In this document: piece by piece, positions 36,308-39,328 of the stretch
Position numbering within the stretch: position 1 is the stretch's first letter
How the letters are laid out: the number at the start of each line of letters is the position of its first letter
NCBI GenBank assembly: GCA_964389675.1
Contig: CAYMEV010000012.1
Coordinates: forward strand, 1 to 39,328
Reading direction: 5' to 3'
DNA length: 39,328 nt
Origin: an uncultured Candidatus Sumerlaeota bacterium
GTDB lineage: Bacteria; CAYMEV01
Made by a program: the position numbers and the translations under genes
Notes under the pieces: model-generated
Databases searched by the model: none
The model's input: the letters and a program-made list of their open reading frames with translations, nothing else
What the model was told of the DNA's origin: nothing

Positions 36308-37585
36308 CTATTCCTTGGGGAGTGTAAATACAAAGTTTGATCCGTTATGCAGAGGCTCATACCATATCTGCCCGCCATGTTTGTTTATGATCTCTTTTAT
36401 AAAATAAAGGCCTATTCCGGTACCGCTTACATTTTTTGAAGAATCTGTATTTACCCTTGAAAAACGGTGAAAAAGCTTATCTCTGCTTTCTTCCGGGATC
36501 GGTTGCCCGCTGTTGAAAACATTCAGCTGGTAATATTCTCCCTTGTCTTCAAAGCCGTATGCCATTAAGCATCCTTTGTCCCCGTATTTCAGTAGATTAT
36601 GAAACAGGTTCCTGTAAACATTCTGAAGCCAGAGCTTATCAGCGGAGATGACTATTGTCCTGTCCGGTATGCCCCCCATTGATTCATCAATTGTAATATT
36701 ATGGTCTCTGAAGCTTTCTGCAAACTCTTCCAGAACAGGGTCTATTATATCAAGCCTTAAATCCAGGTTCTGTTTGTGTATCTTCAAATTGCCCTGGAAA
36801 ATATTGGTCTTGCACAGATAGTTCTCCATTATGCCCAGAAGCCTCTGGGTCCTCTGGTACAGCTTGTCAACCTCTTTCTGTATAACATGGTCAAGCTGGC
36901 CGTAAATGCCTTTGGAAATTATTTTTATTCCTATGGCTATGCTGTTCAGGGGGCTTCTCAGGTCATGGCTTGCAATTGTGAGCATCTCAAGTATATGCTT
37001 GAGCAGCTGCTGATTGTACTGAATAAGAAGGCCGTGGTGGATCCCTGTCCCGACTCGCCTTGCATATCTCTCAAGGAAGAATACCATGTCAAAGCTTAAC
37101 TGATTATCCTTATCCCTTATAAGCATGGCTGCAATTATATCATTTATGTTCTTGGGAAAATCAAGCTCGCTTTTTATTGATATCTTTCCTTTGCAGGGGA
37201 GGAAAAGGCAGTCTTTTTTCCTTACTATCTCATCCTGGATTATCCGTATTGTTATATCATCATCAAGGATTTTCTCATTCTTCATGGATTCCATATAATA
37301 GCGGTATGTTCCGTTATCTTCGGAATATTCGCTCAGGATATAGATATCGCTGTCCAGGTTAAGGGACTTTTTCAGTATATGGGTAGCTATATAGTGGATT
37401 TCCCAGATTGTATCAGCTTCTCTCATGAGGTCCTGGAGAATATTTAATATATCGCTTTTGGTCAATCCCTCAGTGATCTTGTCCTCGCAGAACTTATAAT
37501 TATTGTAATCGATCCATTTTTTGCCTATCCTGTCATGGATATGTGTCTTTTTTTCTTTATCAAGGGGTGTTTTAAGGATTTTCAT
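36308..37585 (-). CDS. Soluble sensor histidine kinase with GAF-like N-terminus
   Basis: H-box 'ASHDLRSPL', N-box 'NLFHNLLKY', 'FNSGQPI', 'LFHRF' and 'GTGIGL'; no TM segment. Confidence 0.85.
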   Translation of the reverse strand: MKILKTPLDKEKKTHIHDRIGKKWIDYNNYKFCEDKITEGLTKSDILNILQDLMREADTIWEIHYIATHILKKSLNLDSDIYILSEYSEDNGTYRYYMESMKNEKILDDDITIRIIQDEIVRKKDCLFLPCKGKISIKSELDFPKNINDIIAAMLIRDKDNQLSFDMVFFLERYARRVGTGIHHGLLIQYNQQLLKHILEMLTIASHDLRSPLNSIAIGIKIISKGIYGQLDHVIQKEVDKLYQRTQRLLGIMENYLCKTNIFQGNLKIHKQNLDLRLDIIDPVLEEFAESFRDHNITIDESMGGIPDRTIVISADKLWLQNVYRNLFHNLLKYGDKGCLMAYGFEDKGEYYQLNVFNSGQPIPEESRDKLFHRFSRVNTDSSKNVSGTGIGLYFIKEIINKHGGQIWYEPLHNGSNFVFTLPKE

Positions 37586-37786
37586 ACATCATAACACTAC
37601 CACATATCCCCATTGAAATCAAGATAATAAAACCGGATGTCAAAATGAATTAAATATTCTTGACAATGCGAATAAATAAATTATTTTTACTAAAACAAAA
37701 TTTAATATTGAAAATTCAGCTGATCTGGATTAAACTTAGGAAAAAATAGTATCTTTAAGAAAAAAAATAAAAGAAGGAGTTGCCAA

Positions 37787-38833
37787 ATGAAATCAAAATT
37801 GCTATTATCGCTGGCATTACTGCTGGTTATCACAAGCGCAGTCTTTATGTCATGCAAAAAGGGTGAAGGTGAAAAGGCTATCTTTGCAGGCGCAGAGTTC
37901 CTGCCCCAGGATTCAGCCTTCTTTCTGACAGCTGACTGGGAAAGCCTCTCAAAGATCGATGCTTTTAAGAAAGAGATCGATGAGATGAAACAGGAAGTTA
38001 CACAGGAAGTCGGCCTGGATGTCTTTGCCGGGCTTAAATCAATCTCACTTTCCGTCATGGATTTTAATACCAAGGATTTTGAGGAATCTGGGATCGTTGT
38101 ATTGAAAGGAAAATTTGAGAAGGACAAGATACTTGATGCTATTAGGTCTCAGGAGGAGATAAAGGGTATCAACGAGACAGAATACAGCAAAATAATGATC
38201 TATACTCCCCAGGATGAGGAGGAGTCAGATCTTTCCATGGCTTTCGCAGATGAGGACACAGTCATCCTTTCCGGCCTGGAGCTTGTAAAGAAGGCTATTG
38301 ATGTCAAAAACAAGAAAGTTCCTTCTATCAATGACAACCAGAAGCTTGCCGATGCTTTGAAAGGAATAAAGAAAGGCTCCCAGATCTACGGCGCAGGTAT
38401 TATCGATCAGCAGATGAAGGATTCCATTGCAAATGACCCGATGTCTGCATCCTTTGCTACGATTGATGTGTTCACTCTTTCTCTTCTGTTCAATGCAGGC
38501 AGATATGAGATGGATATTGTTGCAAAAACAGCAACAGAAGAAGACGCAAAGCAGATAGTTACAAGCCTGAACGGCTTCTGGGAAGGCATGGCCAAGCCCA
38601 TGCTCATGGGAGAACCGCAGTATCAGGATCTTGCAGATGTCCTTAAAATAGACATGAAAGGGACAGATGCAATACTGAATATATCTATTACCGATGAGCA
38701 GATCGAAAAGATCAAGAATTTTTCACCAGGTTTCGAAGAGACAGAAGAAATCGAGATAGAAGAAGAATTTGAGGAAGAACCTGTTGAAGAGAACACTGAG
38801 GAAATTCCTGAAGAGGGAACACACCTTCAGTAA
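37787..38833 (+). CDS. Lipoprotein of unknown function with Glu-rich C-terminal tail
   Basis: Signal peptide ending 'FMSC-KK'; AAGGAG RBS; acidic low-complexity C-terminus. Confidence 0.75.
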   Translation: MKSKLLLSLALLLVITSAVFMSCKKGEGEKAIFAGAEFLPQDSAFFLTADWESLSKIDAFKKEIDEMKQEVTQEVGLDVFAGLKSISLSVMDFNTKDFEESGIVVLKGKFEKDKILDAIRSQEEIKGINETEYSKIMIYTPQDEEESDLSMAFADEDTVILSGLELVKKAIDVKNKKVPSINDNQKLADALKGIKKGSQIYGAGIIDQQMKDSIANDPMSASFATIDVFTLSLLFNAGRYEMDIVAKTATEEDAKQIVTSLNGFWEGMAKPMLMGEPQYQDLADVLKIDMKGTDAILNISITDEQIEKIKNFSPGFEETEEIEIEEEFEEEPVEENTEEIPEEGTHLQ

Positions 38834-38866
38834 GAAATACTGAACAGAAGGCAGAAGGCAAAAATA

Positions 38867-38900
38867 AATTATGCAGAGGGCTTCCGCCCTCTGCATAATT
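38867..38900. terminator. Perfect 15-bp hairpin after the lipoprotein gene
   Basis: AATTATGCAGAGGGC-TTCC-GCCCTCTGCATAATT, followed by CTTT. Confidence 0.7.
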
Positions 38901-38907
38901 CTTTATC

Positions 38908-39234
38908 ATGGATATTTTAGAGGATTTTGACAAAGACTGGAACGACAGCCCAAACATATTTTCGGAAAGGCTGTTTAAGTATCTATTTTTCCTGCTGATA
39001 ATTATGCTTCTTTTCTTTGTTTTTCATAACCTGTTCTTTATAATACCAGAAAGAATGACCATGTTTTCAATAGATATGGAAATACCTGTTATACCTGCTG
39101 ACCCTGGGGAACTGAAGACCTATGACAGCAGGATAAAGGCCTTTGAGAATGAACAGCTCCTGAAATCATTTAATAAGGAAGGGATCTTTACCAGAGAGCA
39201 GCGCCGGAAGGGAATGGTAACACCTGCCGAATAA
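38908..39234 (+). CDS. Hypothetical single-TM protein
   Basis: 108-aa ORF with one hydrophobic helix; no recognised motif. Confidence 0.5.
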   Translation: MDILEDFDKDWNDSPNIFSERLFKYLFFLLIIMLLFFVFHNLFFIIPERMTMFSIDMEIPVIPADPGELKTYDSRIKAFENEQLLKSFNKEGIFTREQRRKGMVTPAE

Positions 39235-39265
39235 AAAAAGCAGGAGACGGTTTCCCGCCCCCTGC
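39233..39265 (-). terminator. Intrinsic terminator for a minus-strand gene entering from the right edge
   Basis: Minus strand GCAGGGGGCGG-GAAA-CCGTCTCCTGC-TTTTTTT. Confidence 0.75.
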
Positions 39266-39284
39266 ATGTCAGAATGCTTTTCTT

Positions 39285-39328
39285 TTAGTATAATTCGTTT
39301 ATGCCGGTGTTCATCAGTGTTGTTAATT
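39285..39328 (-). CDS. Probable 3' end of a gene truncated by the window (…LTTLMNTGINELY*)
   Basis: Open frame ending in TAA about 20 nt before the minus-strand terminator; too short to identify. Confidence 0.35.
   Translation of the reverse strand, partial: LTTLMNTGINELY

Noticed and set aside
38730-38820. GAA-rich repeat-like stretch
   Set aside because: It is simply the codons of the Glu-rich lipoprotein tail.
1-39328. tRNA (including tRNA-Sec), rRNA or riboswitch
   Set aside because: No cloverleaf/T-loop context or rRNA-like segment was seen in the intergenic regions; a covariance-model scan would be needed to exclude small RNAs fully.

Overview
This window is bacterial DNA in the standard genetic code with a mostly housekeeping gene set, from a diderm (BamD, type IV pili). 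Left arm, 515-18524: 15 consecutive minus-strand genes. These form an operon acpP-crotonase-fabH-fabF-hbd-acyl-CoA dehydrogenase-hutH, then pilB-pilT-pilC-pilS-pilR, a non-canonical pilin-like gene and two glycosyltransferases. Centre: an AT-rich gap, then an apparently complete plasmid/chromid-type replicon. It has HTH-ParA, ParB, six degenerate repeats phased at 21-22 bp (iteron-like) with an AT-rich tract, and a RepA-type initiator fused to a DnaA domain-I-like C-terminus. Three more iteron-like copies lie inside the next gene. No integrase, transposase or tRNA is visible, and a canonical soj-spo0J operon with a near-consensus parS lies 7-9 kb beyond rep. Also notable: a secreted DUF1573 protein split by an in-frame UGA at the Cys of its CGC motif (probable selenoprotein), and a vWA-TM-FHA protein. 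All family calls come from motif recognition by eye; no database searches were run.
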